From Candidatus Gottesmanbacteria bacterium CG_4_10_14_0_8_um_filter_37_24 (GTDB lineage Bacteria; Patescibacteriota; Microgenomatia; 2-02-FULL-39-11), in assembly GCA_002785215.1 (NCBI GenBank), contig PFMK01000091.1, forward strand, positions 1 through 43,281: a stretch of DNA of 43,281 nt, given 5' to 3'. This document shows, piece after piece, positions 19,873-29,253 of the stretch. The translations under genes were made by a program, and so were the position numbers. The notes below the pieces were generated by a model. The model was not told the origin of the DNA. It saw only the letters and a program-made list of their open reading frames with translations, and made no database searches. Positions within the stretch are counted from its first letter, which is position 1. Each line of letters opens with the position of its first letter.

Positions 19873-20847
19873 ATGAAAAGAGAAAAATGGATTGACGTGC
19901 TTCGCGGAATTGCGATAATTGCAGTTATCACGGACCATCTGTTTGTCTTTTTCCCGAAAATCAGAATTACCGAAGTCGGCTGGCATACATTTTTCTCCGT
20001 CAATTGGTTCATTTTCCTGTCGGCTGTTACCAATACTCTGTCATATCAAAAAAAGAAAATGTCTTTTCCTGGTTCATATCTTCCTTATCTAAAAAAACGT
20101 GCCGTTATTTTGCTTCCTTATATTTTTGCCACCGTTATCTATTATCTTTTTTATTCCTATCAGCATCTCAATCTTCCCACTCTGGCGGAACAAATCTTTT
20201 ATTTCACCGGCAGCGTACATTTTTATTTTATCCTGGTAATTATTGAACTTTACCTTGTCTTCCCTCTTCTTTATATGATTTTTACCAAAGTAAGTAAAAT
20301 CTGGTGGCATCTGGCTGCCATTTTTATCATTGCATTTTCCACAATGAAGCTGTTTCCCTTAAACCAACCTCCCTGGATGTATCATCCCTATACCACTTTT
20401 ATTGCCTCGTCGTATCTTCTGACTTTTTCTCTTGGTATTTTGTATATGATTTACGAAAAACATTTCGGCAAATTACTTTTTATTTTCTCCATCGTCGTTT
20501 TTTCCATCATGGAAGTATTCCTCTTTTATTCGAAAGGGATATTTATTATCTCCATACCTAACCTGAAACTTATAGCGTGGTCTGTCTCTGGGATTATTAT
20601 CTCTAAAACTATCATCTCATATCCGGCAATAGGCAGATTTCTTCCCAGGAAAACACTTGCTTTTTTAGGGAAACACTCCATGTTTATTTACCTTTTCCAT
20701 TTCCTGATTCTTGAACTGATGTCAAAAATAAATATTTTCTTCATCGCAATTTTGGCATTTGTAATTTCAATACTGGGGTCTTTGATGATTGAGTATTTAT
20801 ATAATCGTCTACAAACCGGCGTAAATATCATTTTGAAGAGAGAATAG
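19873..20847 (+). CDS. Acyltransferase-3 family membrane protein; likely start MKREKW
   Basis: WIDVLRGIAIIAV, FIFLS, HFYFI, LGKHSMFIYLFH. Confidence 0.85.
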   Translation: MKREKWIDVLRGIAIIAVITDHLFVFFPKIRITEVGWHTFFSVNWFIFLSAVTNTLSYQKKKMSFPGSYLPYLKKRAVILLPYIFATVIYYLFYSYQHLNLPTLAEQIFYFTGSVHFYFILVIIELYLVFPLLYMIFTKVSKIWWHLAAIFIIAFSTMKLFPLNQPPWMYHPYTTFIASSYLLTFSLGILYMIYEKHFGKLLFIFSIVVFSIMEVFLFYSKGIFIISIPNLKLIAWSVSGIIISKTIISYPAIGRFLPRKTLAFLGKHSMFIYLFHFLILELMSKINIFFIAILAFVISILGSLMIEYLYNRLQTGVNIILKRE

Positions 20848-20861
20848 TCCGTATACAAAAA

Positions 20862-21692
20862 TTAGTCTTTATGCTCGTGATCTGTGACGTGAATATGCAA
20901 ATGCTTGTGTGTCTCCTTCTTATGTTTGTGTCTGTGATCGTGTACCAAATTATGCTTCGACAAAAAGGGTATATCTTCTAAAATATTCATAGGCTTGCCC
21001 AGTCTGACCATTTTGTGCTCCTCAGATAAAACCAGGACTCTATCTGCCATATCTTCCACAATCGACAGGTCATGGGTGGCAATAACAACTGTATTTCCCC
21101 TATCTGACAGTGTGTCTAAAAAATCAAGAAACCTGCTTTGGCTTCTGGGATCGAGACTGGCGGTCGGCTCATCAAATAACCATACTTCCGGATTGAAGGC
21201 TAATACCGTAGCAAGCGCTACTCTTTTTTTCTCACCTCCAGACAAAAGGTATGGCGGACGGTTTTTCAGGTGTTCAATATCCAGTAATTTTAATGCTGTT
21301 TTTGCGCGTCTCAGCACTTCACTATTACTGAAACCCAGATGAAGCGGGGCAAAAATCACTTCATCCCAAACTGTCGGGGAAAAAAGCTGGACATCAGGGT
21401 CTTGGAAAACAAAACCAACTTTTTTCCTGAAATCATAAAAATTTTCCTCATTTTGGAAAAAATCAGCATCGATTTTAACACCAAAAGCTTTGATACTGCC
21501 TTTACTCGGAAAATATAATCCGTCCAACATCTTAAGGAGAGTACTTTTACCTGATCCGTTGGCACCCAATATGATCAACCTTTCTCCTTTGGAAATCTTC
21601 AGGGAAATATCTTCCAAAGCCTGTTGATTCCGGTAATAGTAGCTTACCTTCTCCAGTTCAAATACCGGACTATCGGAATTTTGTTTCTTCAT
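20862..21692 (-). CDS. cbiO: Co/Ni ECF transporter ATPase with His-rich tail
   Basis: GANGSGKS, VFQDPD, LSGGEKKR, DEPT; tail HDHRHKHKKETHKHLHIH. Confidence 0.88.
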   Translation of the reverse strand: MKKQNSDSPVFELEKVSYYYRNQQALEDISLKISKGERLIILGANGSGKSTLLKMLDGLYFPSKGSIKAFGVKIDADFFQNEENFYDFRKKVGFVFQDPDVQLFSPTVWDEVIFAPLHLGFSNSEVLRRAKTALKLLDIEHLKNRPPYLLSGGEKKRVALATVLAFNPEVWLFDEPTASLDPRSQSRFLDFLDTLSDRGNTVVIATHDLSIVEDMADRVLVLSEEHKMVRLGKPMNILEDIPFLSKHNLVHDHRHKHKKETHKHLHIHVTDHEHKD

Positions 21693-21694
21693 GG

Positions 21695-22528
21695 TTATTT
21701 GACAAACAAAATGATATTAACACAGAGAATCAGGCATCCTGAAAAGAATAACAGGTCATGACTGTCAAGCTTGAAACTGTCCAATGTTACAATTTTATTC
21801 CTGTATCCTCTGGACTGCATGGACAGATATATTTCCTCGCTTTGGACAAATGATCTGGCAAACAAAGTGCCTATAAGCGATGCCAGCCATTTTCTGTTTT
21901 CCCGCCCTGAAACCCTACCCGCCAACCGGCTTTTCCGGGAAAGAAACATATTGTTTACCGTCTGTAACAAAACGAAAATATAACGGTATGTCATTCCAAG
22001 AATAACAACAAACACCTGTGGAACAAACAGGACCTGCAGTGATTTCAACAGATCATACCAGGGTGTACTAAGAACTGCCAACACTACTAATGATACTGAT
22101 ACGGCAACGCGAAAAATAATATTGAAAGCGGTCAATAGACCCGGTACGGTTATTGATAAATTAATATGCAATGCCGGAAGGTTTACTAGTTCCAAAAGAG
22201 TAGTTCCGGGCGTCACAATATTAAAAATCAGAGGAAAAACAATAATTCCGGTAAAAAAGGGAAGAAAAAGCCAAACTCTTTTAAGAAAAAACTTCATAGG
22301 TATAGAAGAAACAATTGCCAGAAAAAGTATAAATACATATATGAGGACCAGTGAAAGAAATTTGTGTACAAGGTTTACCGTAAGAAGCAGAATGATAAGA
22401 CTGATTACTTTTACTCTGGGGTCAAGACTTTGCAGGTAGCCTTTTTTTTGGGAAACCTCCTGGGTGAAAATTACTTGAAGGAGTAAACTGCCTATACCTG
22501 CAACCGTTTTTTCAAAGAATTTACCCAT
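21695..22528 (-). CDS. cbiQ: Co/Ni ECF transporter T component
   Basis: LDPRVK, TYRYI, SRKSR, MQSRGY. Confidence 0.88.
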   Translation of the reverse strand: MGKFFEKTVAGIGSLLLQVIFTQEVSQKKGYLQSLDPRVKVISLIILLLTVNLVHKFLSLVLIYVFILFLAIVSSIPMKFFLKRVWLFLPFFTGIIVFPLIFNIVTPGTTLLELVNLPALHINLSITVPGLLTAFNIIFRVAVSVSLVVLAVLSTPWYDLLKSLQVLFVPQVFVVILGMTYRYIFVLLQTVNNMFLSRKSRLAGRVSGRENRKWLASLIGTLFARSFVQSEEIYLSMQSRGYRNKIVTLDSFKLDSHDLLFFSGCLILCVNIILFVK

Positions 22529-22573
22529 ATGAATTTCCCCATTACCTTTCTGAAAGAAGTGGTAGACTTTAGC

Positions 22574-23590
22574 TTATTCGTGATTAGACTTTTTCTTTCC
22601 ACCCAGTTTGTTTATAACGGACAATAAAAAGAATATAAATAATCCTGTCAATAATACCCCTAAACAGGCTGAGAATATATAAAGTAGAGTCGGATTTAAG
22701 ATCCCGGGAATGTCATAGTCCGGGATAGGCGCTCTCCAAAAAGATGACCACTTGTCAAATCCCGCCGGAATATATGACAGTCCCAACAAAGCAAGTTCTT
22801 CCCTGCCCCATTCACCCCAGGCAGTTCCCGGCGCCAGAAGACCTAAGGGAGTAAGAAGAATAAGAAAAATAAGGCCTAAAAAACTGAATTTGAATAGTTT
22901 TTTACTTGTCAATGATTTACCTTCGGAAAAAATAAGATCAGGCTGAACCCTCAAAATCCAGGCAAATACCAACCCTGTGACTATACCTTCCGCAAGTCCG
23001 GCAATGGTCAGATGTCCGATCATCATGACAGGAACTGAAACATACAGGTTATAGGGGAAATACAATGCCTGGCCCAGGGAATTTTTATAAAGCATCGGTT
23101 GTATCCCCAACTCTACGGCGGTAAGCAGTGCGGCGATATTTACGGAAATATACCCGGAGATTGATGCGATGACTATTTTTTTCCTGGCAGAATCTTTGCT
23201 TCTAACCAAAAGTCTGTACAAAAAATAACCTGTTAAGGACATCACTATCCCCATATTGAAAATATTTGCGCCCAAAGACAGTATGCCTCCGTCTCCGAAA
23301 AACAGAGCCTGAATAACCAAAGCGACAGTTGCAGACAGTATAGAAGCCCATGGACCAAGAACGATTGCTGATATGGCTATCCCTGTGGCATGACCTGTGG
23401 TTCCGCCGGGAAGCGGGATATTGAACATCATAATAACAAAGGACAAAGCGGAAAAAACTGAAATTAGGGGAATCATCCTACTGTTTAATACCTTTTTGAC
23501 ATTTCGTGAGGCTCGGACTAGAAACGGCAGACTCGCCGCATACATCGCGCCAGAGGTGTAGGGACTCAGATAACCGTCAGGTATATGCAT
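22574..23590 (-). CDS. cbiM: Co/Ni ECF S component CbiM/NikM fused to an N-type domain
   Basis: MHIPDGYL start, GTTGH, QALFFGDGG; C-terminal AWGEWG...APIPDY. Confidence 0.9.
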   Translation of the reverse strand: MHIPDGYLSPYTSGAMYAASLPFLVRASRNVKKVLNSRMIPLISVFSALSFVIMMFNIPLPGGTTGHATGIAISAIVLGPWASILSATVALVIQALFFGDGGILSLGANIFNMGIVMSLTGYFLYRLLVRSKDSARKKIVIASISGYISVNIAALLTAVELGIQPMLYKNSLGQALYFPYNLYVSVPVMMIGHLTIAGLAEGIVTGLVFAWILRVQPDLIFSEGKSLTSKKLFKFSFLGLIFLILLTPLGLLAPGTAWGEWGREELALLGLSYIPAGFDKWSSFWRAPIPDYDIPGILNPTLLYIFSACLGVLLTGLFIFFLLSVINKLGGKKKSNHE

Positions 23591-23614
23591 TACTTTCTTT
23601 TATCAATTCCCATA

Positions 23615-24403
23615 TTAAGTATTTACCTCCAAAATACCGCATTTTATCTCAATATCGTTCTTATCCGTAATTGTAGGAATTGCCCTGGAACCTTCTTTGC
23701 CAATCCCGCTAAGGACTGCCGTTTCCAGGCAAACCAGTGGGCCTTTCTGGTAACCTGTCGAGCTGCCAATTGTTCCTGCGCCAATGTTGTAAACATCTAT
23801 CTTGAATCCGTTTTCTTCAAAATAGCTTCCTATCAGCTTTTTTTTATCGCCTGATACTTCACTGGCTGTATAACCCTGTCCTACTACTTCAAGGTCATTT
23901 GTGTTTATCTCCTTATCTGTCTTTGTCCCCTCTATCATCCATTTGAAACTGACTTTTTGTACGTCAGAAAAGGCAATCCCGGACTTTATCTTCAGCCCGT
24001 CTAATATTCCCAAAAGCGGAGCACTTGCTGTCGCTTCCTTTTTCTCTCCTTCCTCGGCGATTGCTCCTGTGCACCTCCAATTTACTTCAGCTGACCTGTC
24101 ATCCTCTTTTATTACACAGGCCGGACTGCAACCTGCTTTCCCGGCGTCAAGATCAATCCACCAAGTACGCGTGAAATCGTTATACTGATAATTTTCTGTC
24201 AGATTGCCTGTTTCAATACAGCTGCTTTTTAAAGCAATATTTCTGACCTCCTGGTAAGATAATTTTCCCTGTTTTGCCAATTCCCCCCCTGTCTCTTTCG
24301 ACTCTCCAAAAGAATTCAAGGAGAGATTATTGGATGAAAGGTAAAAAACCCCTGCGCCAGAGATAATAATGAGTAGTATTATTATAAGAACTATTTTTTT
24401 CAT
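23615..24403 (-). CDS. Membrane-anchored Cys-containing surface protein
   Basis: N-terminal TM helix; TWWIDL...GCSPACV...EVNWRCTG segment. Confidence 0.7.
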   Translation of the reverse strand: MKKIVLIIILLIIISGAGVFYLSSNNLSLNSFGESKETGGELAKQGKLSYQEVRNIALKSSCIETGNLTENYQYNDFTRTWWIDLDAGKAGCSPACVIKEDDRSAEVNWRCTGAIAEEGEKKEATASAPLLGILDGLKIKSGIAFSDVQKVSFKWMIEGTKTDKEINTNDLEVVGQGYTASEVSGDKKKLIGSYFEENGFKIDVYNIGAGTIGSSTGYQKGPLVCLETAVLSGIGKEGSRAIPTITDKNDIEIKCGILEVNT

Positions 24404-24432
24404 GACTTTTTGTTTTTTGAATTATGATAGAT

Positions 24433-25233
24433 TCACTTGATAGTAAATTCTTTCAGCAGCTTTTTTTCCGTCTCCCCCTGTACGTAAGCTTTCACCTCAA
24501 TATATTTTTCAATCCCCGAGCCTATCAGTTTCCTTTTCAAAAGTTCATCAACCTGGAAAAGTCCTGCGGAATTATTCATGTGAATGCTGATTTCAACCGG
24601 TTTGGTTTTTCCCATCGCAATCTCCACATTTTCAATGGCCATGGCAGATACTGAATGAATGTCCACCTTACCGGCCTCATAAGGAATCCTGGACCGACCT
24701 TGATTCATGTCCAATGCATCAGCTACTCTGACAATGCCTGCTTCAATAGTGAACGGCTGGCCGTCTGACCGGTGACTGATTATGGCATGCAGACTTTCGG
24801 AAATAACAATTGTTTTTTGGACAACGGGAAGAAAATCGATAATCTCATGAAGAAGGTTGTTTGCCAAAAAGAGACTGAACTCTTCATGCTCATCCCTCTG
24901 GATACTCATCCCCAGATCATGGAAAAGACTGGCCAGAAGGACCACCAGTTCTGCATGTTTCCCTGACAATCCAAAGTCTTTTGTAATGGACATCTTAATT
25001 CCGCTTTTGACAAGAAGCCTGACAAGTCTCACAGCAATGTTTGAAACTATCTGGAAATGTACCGGCCCGTGGTCTGTCATCCCCAGCCTGTCTATGGCAT
25101 TCACATTTACTACCTGCCAGAGGGTAGTTACTTCCTCGTTTCGATTAACCTTTTCCAAAGCCTTATCCAATAGCTCATTTCCCTCTGTAGGCAAATGGAT
25201 TTTTATATTCGTGTGAGTTTTTGTCTGGTCCAT
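24433..25233 (-). CDS. HD-domain phosphohydrolase
   Basis: DHGPVH, FHDLG, ISH, ADALD. Confidence 0.88.
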   Translation of the reverse strand: MDQTKTHTNIKIHLPTEGNELLDKALEKVNRNEEVTTLWQVVNVNAIDRLGMTDHGPVHFQIVSNIAVRLVRLLVKSGIKMSITKDFGLSGKHAELVVLLASLFHDLGMSIQRDEHEEFSLFLANNLLHEIIDFLPVVQKTIVISESLHAIISHRSDGQPFTIEAGIVRVADALDMNQGRSRIPYEAGKVDIHSVSAMAIENVEIAMGKTKPVEISIHMNNSAGLFQVDELLKRKLIGSGIEKYIEVKAYVQGETEKKLLKEFTIK

Positions 25234-25282
25234 AGAAATTATATTTTTCAGTATACCATAGGATATATTTCCCTATTTATTT

Positions 25283-25314
25283 AATTGATAATTGTTAGTT
25301 GCTAGTTGATAATT
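25283..25314. repeat. Left arm of heptamer-based inverted repeat flanking the four-helix-bundle gene
   Basis: AATTGAT AATTGTT AGTTGCT AGTTGAT AATT; 25290-25314 pairs with 25669-25693. Confidence 0.8.
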
Positions 25315-25320
25315 AGGAAA

Positions 25321-25669
25321 ATGCGCTACAAAGTATCAATCCAAGAGCGAACTTTCCAGTTTGGCATACGCATTATCAAGATGATTAAATCTCTCCCCAA
25401 AAATCCTGCCGGATATGCGATTGGCAATCAAATCGTAAGAAGCGGGACTTCGATCGGAGCAAATATTTGTGAAGCGCAAGATGCTGTATCCAAGGCTGAT
25501 TTCATCCATGAATGTTTCTTTAAAAGAAGCAAGGGAAACTGAATATTGGATAAAAACGATTGTAGCCTCAGAAATTCTTCCGAAACAAAAAATGGCGTTG
25601 CTACTTGCAGAAATAGAAGAAATTGTTAAAATACTAAGAGCTAGTTTGAAAAAGTTGAAGAGTAATTAA
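25321..25669 (+). pseudogene. Four-helix-bundle (23S rRNA IVP-like) protein, frameshifted near 25508
   Basis: QIVRSGTSIGANICEAQ...SKADFIH in one frame; MNVSLKEARETEYW in another. Confidence 0.85.
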
Positions 25670-25693
25670 ATTATCAATTAATAATTAACAATT
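25669..25693. repeat. Right arm of heptamer-based inverted repeat
   Basis: AATTATC AATTAAT AATTAAC AATT. Confidence 0.8.
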
Positions 25694-25701
25694 GAATATT
25701 T

Positions 25702-25993
25702 TCCCCTGTAGCTCAATGGTAGAGCGGCTTCCTGTCAGATTAAGGCAGCTTTACGCAGAAATGCGTAATGAAAAATCGGGCTAATTCGGGGAACTCCCGT
25801 CCCGCACCGTATGGTACAGGACAGGACAATCCCGAGCTAAACGATGTACCGTCTGGTACGTCGAAATGTGTAGAGACTATATACCCGATCCCTCGTAGCT
25901 TTATGCGAAGTGGGAATAAGATAGTCCAAACCTTTTGGCAACAGAAGGGTATTTGTAAGAAGAAGGTTCGTGGTTCGAGTCCACGCGGGGGAG
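25702..25993 (+). tRNA. tRNA-Asn(GUU), exons 25702-25735 and 25956-25993
   Basis: Spliced form TCCCCTG TA GCTC AATGGTA GAGC G GCTTC CT-GT|T-AA GAAGA AGGTT CGTGG TTCGAGT CCACG CGGGGGA G. Confidence 0.92.
25736..25955 (+). ncRNA. Group I intron (220 nt, IC-like, no ORF) between anticodon positions 35 and 36
   Basis: Exon ends in U pairing with internal guide GGCAG; P7 GACTAT/ATAGTC in GTAGAGACTATA and AAGATAGTCC; terminal G at 25955. Confidence 0.92.
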
Positions 25994-26315
25994 CAAGATT
26001 GTTCTTACTCGAACTTAGCCTCGTTTTTAATGAATGAGCAGTTCGTTGTAAGTCTTCATAATAAACTTTCTTCATTAATTTAAGTCCTCAGTTTGTGTAA
26101 TGATTACATATTTACCCTATCTTGTGACTCCCGGGGGGGTGGGTGGCGTGGTTAAAAGAACCGTTTACCTCCCCTAATGGAACCAGCGCGACTAGTAAAG
26201 TACTAATTATGTCCAGACCTGTTTATTTAAATATAATCAATATTTTTAAAATTGACAGACTTATAGATATGGGAGTATTATTCAGGTAATTATTGATATT
26301 TATATTAAAATAAAT

Positions 26316-27018
26316 ATGAAGCACATTTTTGCAGTAATCGGATCAGTTCTTATTTTATCCCTTTCAACTACCACGGTATCAGCCGCAAATAATTCTACTT
26401 TTATCCCTCAAAATATATTTGATTCTCTTTTTAAAAATATAAAACAAGGTTCAACAGGAGCAACAGGAAAACAAGGACCAGTTGGAGCAACAGGACCGAA
26501 AGGAGTAACGGGTCCTATAGGACCAATAGGACAAACAGGACTACAAGGACCTACAGGATTGGGTGGACCAACAGGATCAACTGGATCCACTGGGGGGTAT
26601 GGCTGGATCAACAGGTCCAACAGGTCCAAGTGGTCTAGAAGGTCCGACAGGAGCTACTGGGATACAAGGGGCAACTGGTTTAATTGGTCCTGTAGGCTCA
26701 ACAGGTGTACCAGGTTTACTCCCAACAGTAGCAGAGTTCGATTTGATTGATGGAACATATGGGCCACTGCATCATTCCCCTGATATGAATTTGACCGGTA
26801 GACGACTTTTATTCGTAAAAATGACATCAATAGGGACCGGGACTTTAACAATACGCAACGGACCCGATATATATAATCACTGGACTGATCAGGAAACATT
26901 CTATTTAGATTCTGGTACTATGCAAAGTCATCAATTTGTCGTACCGGTAAAGGATGCAATTTATGGTTTAAGGATTAATGGAAATTTCACAATGAAAATT
27001 ACAGCGTTTGCGATATAA
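26316..27018 (+). pseudogene. Secreted collagen-like (G-X-Y) protein split by a frameshift at G6 (26592-26597)
   Basis: Signal peptide; G-x-T repeats continue in a second frame; removing one G joins the frames. Confidence 0.85.
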
Positions 27019-27229
27019 TTATACATAGAATATCTCAATAACTAAATTATATCTTCCCTCATCTTTTACTTTTTTCCCCACGTTTGCAAATTACTACAAC
27101 ACGACATAGACCATCCGCCTCGGTGGCCTTATTATAACAACTTGTGACTCCTTGGCGCATCACAGAGCGGAGTAAAGTATTAGATCTGTCTAGATGTTAT
27201 CAGTCTATTTGAAAAAGGTACTTAATATA

Positions 27230-27256
27230 AATACTTCTCTAAGAAGGAAGTATTTT
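27230..27256. terminator. Probable terminator between convergent genes
   Basis: AAATACTTC/GAAGTATTT inverted repeat. Confidence 0.45.
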
Positions 27257-27350
27257 ATGTTTCAAAAAATATAAAAAGTATATAACAAATAACTAATAGG
27301 ATTCCCCCAATAATATTTGGATCGAACCTTATACTTACAGATAAAATTTA

Positions 27351-27965
27351 TTATCTCTTTATTTTTTTACATGCCTCTTTTGACGTAGTAATCCAGCTAT
27401 TATCTATCTGACAGCAAACAGTATCAATACAATTTTCAAGCGTCATCTTTTTTATTCCACCGCCACATTCTCTTGCAATTTGACAATCATATAGTGTTGG
27501 TGTTGGTATTTGGGTTATTACTAGACTTGAAGCGTTCCTATGGTATTCTTCACCATTTATAATATAACAAGCCCAAAGAATTTCATTCTGTTTTTTCGCT
27601 ATTTCGCTTTCTTCAATACTGGCTATTACATCTTTTCCGATTACAGATTTTAACCAATCTAATACTAATCCTCCAGGTGGACATTCCGTATAATTTTTGG
27701 CATAAATATCTAAAGCTTCCTCTCGGTCGCTTAATATTAGTATAGGAGTAGGAGTAATTACAGGAGTGGAAGTAGGAGTTACAGACGGTCGACGGAAAAA
27801 TGACATATCGAAAAATTTATTATTTTCAAACGGTTTTACTAAAAAAAATAATAATAAGATTACTACCACTCCAATAATTATTAAAAGTTGTTTATATGTT
27901 GGGGAAAATACAAACGTTATGCGGGGCTCTGTATTATTTTTCTGATTCTTTTCTACTTTTTTCAT
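27351..27965 (-). CDS. Membrane-anchored Pro/Thr- and Cys-rich protein
   Basis: TM helix, TPTSTPVITPTP linker, Cys-rich C-terminus. Confidence 0.75.
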   Translation of the reverse strand: MKKVEKNQKNNTEPRITFVFSPTYKQLLIIIGVVVILLLFFLVKPFENNKFFDMSFFRRPSVTPTSTPVITPTPILILSDREEALDIYAKNYTECPPGGLVLDWLKSVIGKDVIASIEESEIAKKQNEILWACYIINGEEYHRNASSLVITQIPTPTLYDCQIARECGGGIKKMTLENCIDTVCCQIDNSWITTSKEACKKIKR

Positions 27966-28070
27966 AGGTTTTTATTTAAAACCCATTTAAAATACACCTA
28001 ATATCCATATTATTATCTATATGCCTTAAGTTAGCAATGACAATTGATTTTGAGTTATGACGAATGTATG

Positions 28071-28628
28071 TTAAGAATAAAATCCATCATATTTTCCATT
28101 ATTACCTTTTTTCGGATAATATTTATCAATCATGACATTACCCCCTATTTGGACTAATTCAAATACATATATCTTTTTTCCGTCATCAACCCAGCCACCA
28201 CCCATGTTATCATAACTAGAACGAGTTTCTTCTACCTCCACACGAAATCCTCTTTCAGCCTTCAATATGGACCCTAATTTGTATTCTGTGACTTTATATC
28301 CGAATCCTGCGGTCTTAAAGAGGCGTGGTGATGAATTCTCCAAGTCTAATGCCAGAAGAAAAGAGTATGTATCTGCTTCATCATTTGAAGAGGAGGGAGT
28401 GAAGAGCTTAAGAATGTCAGAGTTTCTTACCTTTTGAAGATCTTCAAATTTTATTACTACAGATTTAGCTACTTCTTCTGAGGAGGGAAAATCGGTTGGG
28501 GTAACAACTTTTGATGGTAGAGCAATTGGATTATTCGGTGTTTTTTCTGTTGTCTTAATAAGTGATTTTGTGGTATATCCTACAAAAAAAGCTAATATTA
28601 CAATGATTAAAACCCATACTTTGTTCAT
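28071..28628 (-). CDS. Membrane-anchored hypothetical protein
   Basis: N-terminal TM helix; 185-aa ORF. Confidence 0.75.
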   Translation of the reverse strand: MNKVWVLIIVILAFFVGYTTKSLIKTTEKTPNNPIALPSKVVTPTDFPSSEEVAKSVVIKFEDLQKVRNSDILKLFTPSSSNDEADTYSFLLALDLENSSPRLFKTAGFGYKVTEYKLGSILKAERGFRVEVEETRSSYDNMGGGWVDDGKKIYVFELVQIGGNVMIDKYYPKKGNNGKYDGFYS

Positions 28629-28821
28629 ATAACAGAAATTATTTTTAAAATTAATCAGTTAAATTTAATAGTCTTCAATAAATTTTGTAATTATCAATTG
28701 TGGACACTTTAAACCAAGTACATAATATATCCTCGCCACATTGTCGTTGTATTTATTTGTGAATAATATAGGAAAATTATTGTTTAATAAATCTTGTTTT
28801 ATATGTTTTCGTATTTTCTCT

Positions 28822-29097
28822 TTATCTAGTTTTATAAGTACAGTCATCTACTTCAGCGTGTCGTCGATCATCTAAATATTTTGCTACTGATGTTGGTAAA
28901 CGACAGTCACTTAATAAGCCTCTTTCCAAGCAGGTGGTATTCCAAGAGTACAAATAAGCCTTATCAACTTTTTGGACACAGTCTGCAATCATTGTAGATT
29001 TCCGTTCTGCTTCCTGTTGGGCTACTATACCTGTTAAAATAATCTGTTCCTGTTGGGATTTGTTGTTAAAATACCCATACCCCTTTCGAGATATGAC
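28822..29097 (-). pseudogene. Probable 5'-truncated gene for a Cys-containing exported protein
   Basis: 91 open codons (...GYGYFNNKSQQEQ...DCVQK...WNTTC...DCRLP...DDCTYKTR) with no start at the 5' end; not in the ORF track. Confidence 0.45.
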
Positions 29098-29146
29098 CTA
29101 CACAAGGTTTCTGACGAGGAGCTCTCGCCCCTTGTGTAGGTTTTTT
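29096..29146 (+). other. Perfect 12-bp hairpin with T run (terminator-like or small RNA)
   Basis: ACCTACACAAGG (29096-29107) / CCTTGTGTAGGT (29130-29141), then TTTTT. Confidence 0.7.
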
Positions 29147-29253
29147 CGCCATGCTCTCTTTTTTAGAGAGTTTAGGTATTAAACTATAAATATTTTACGC
29201 TAGTCCTTCAAAATACTCAACGAAAGAAGTAGAATAAAAGCAATTTACTTGAT

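Noticed and set aside
547..25216. Many short ORFs antisense to or nested in long genes
   Set aside because: They are shadow frames of well-supported genes with no independent motifs.
25321..25669. Four-helix-bundle gene as the Avd of a diversity-generating retroelement
   Set aside because: There is no reverse transcriptase or TR/VR pair in the window.
25740..26075. ORFs 25740-26075 (-) and 25768-26037 (+) as an intron-encoded endonuclease or integrase
   Set aside because: They overlap the intron core and tRNA exon and have no LAGLIDADG, HNH, GIY-YIG or recombinase motifs.
26440..26720. Periodic ACAGGA/ACTGG repeats as a CRISPR or guide array
   Set aside because: The 9-nt period is explained by G-X-Y collagen codons. 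There are no spacers or cas genes, and I saw no CRISPR array elsewhere in the window.
29108..29135. CTGACGAG as a hammerhead ribozyme core
   Set aside because: No GAAA follows a stem II and no three-way junction can be built.
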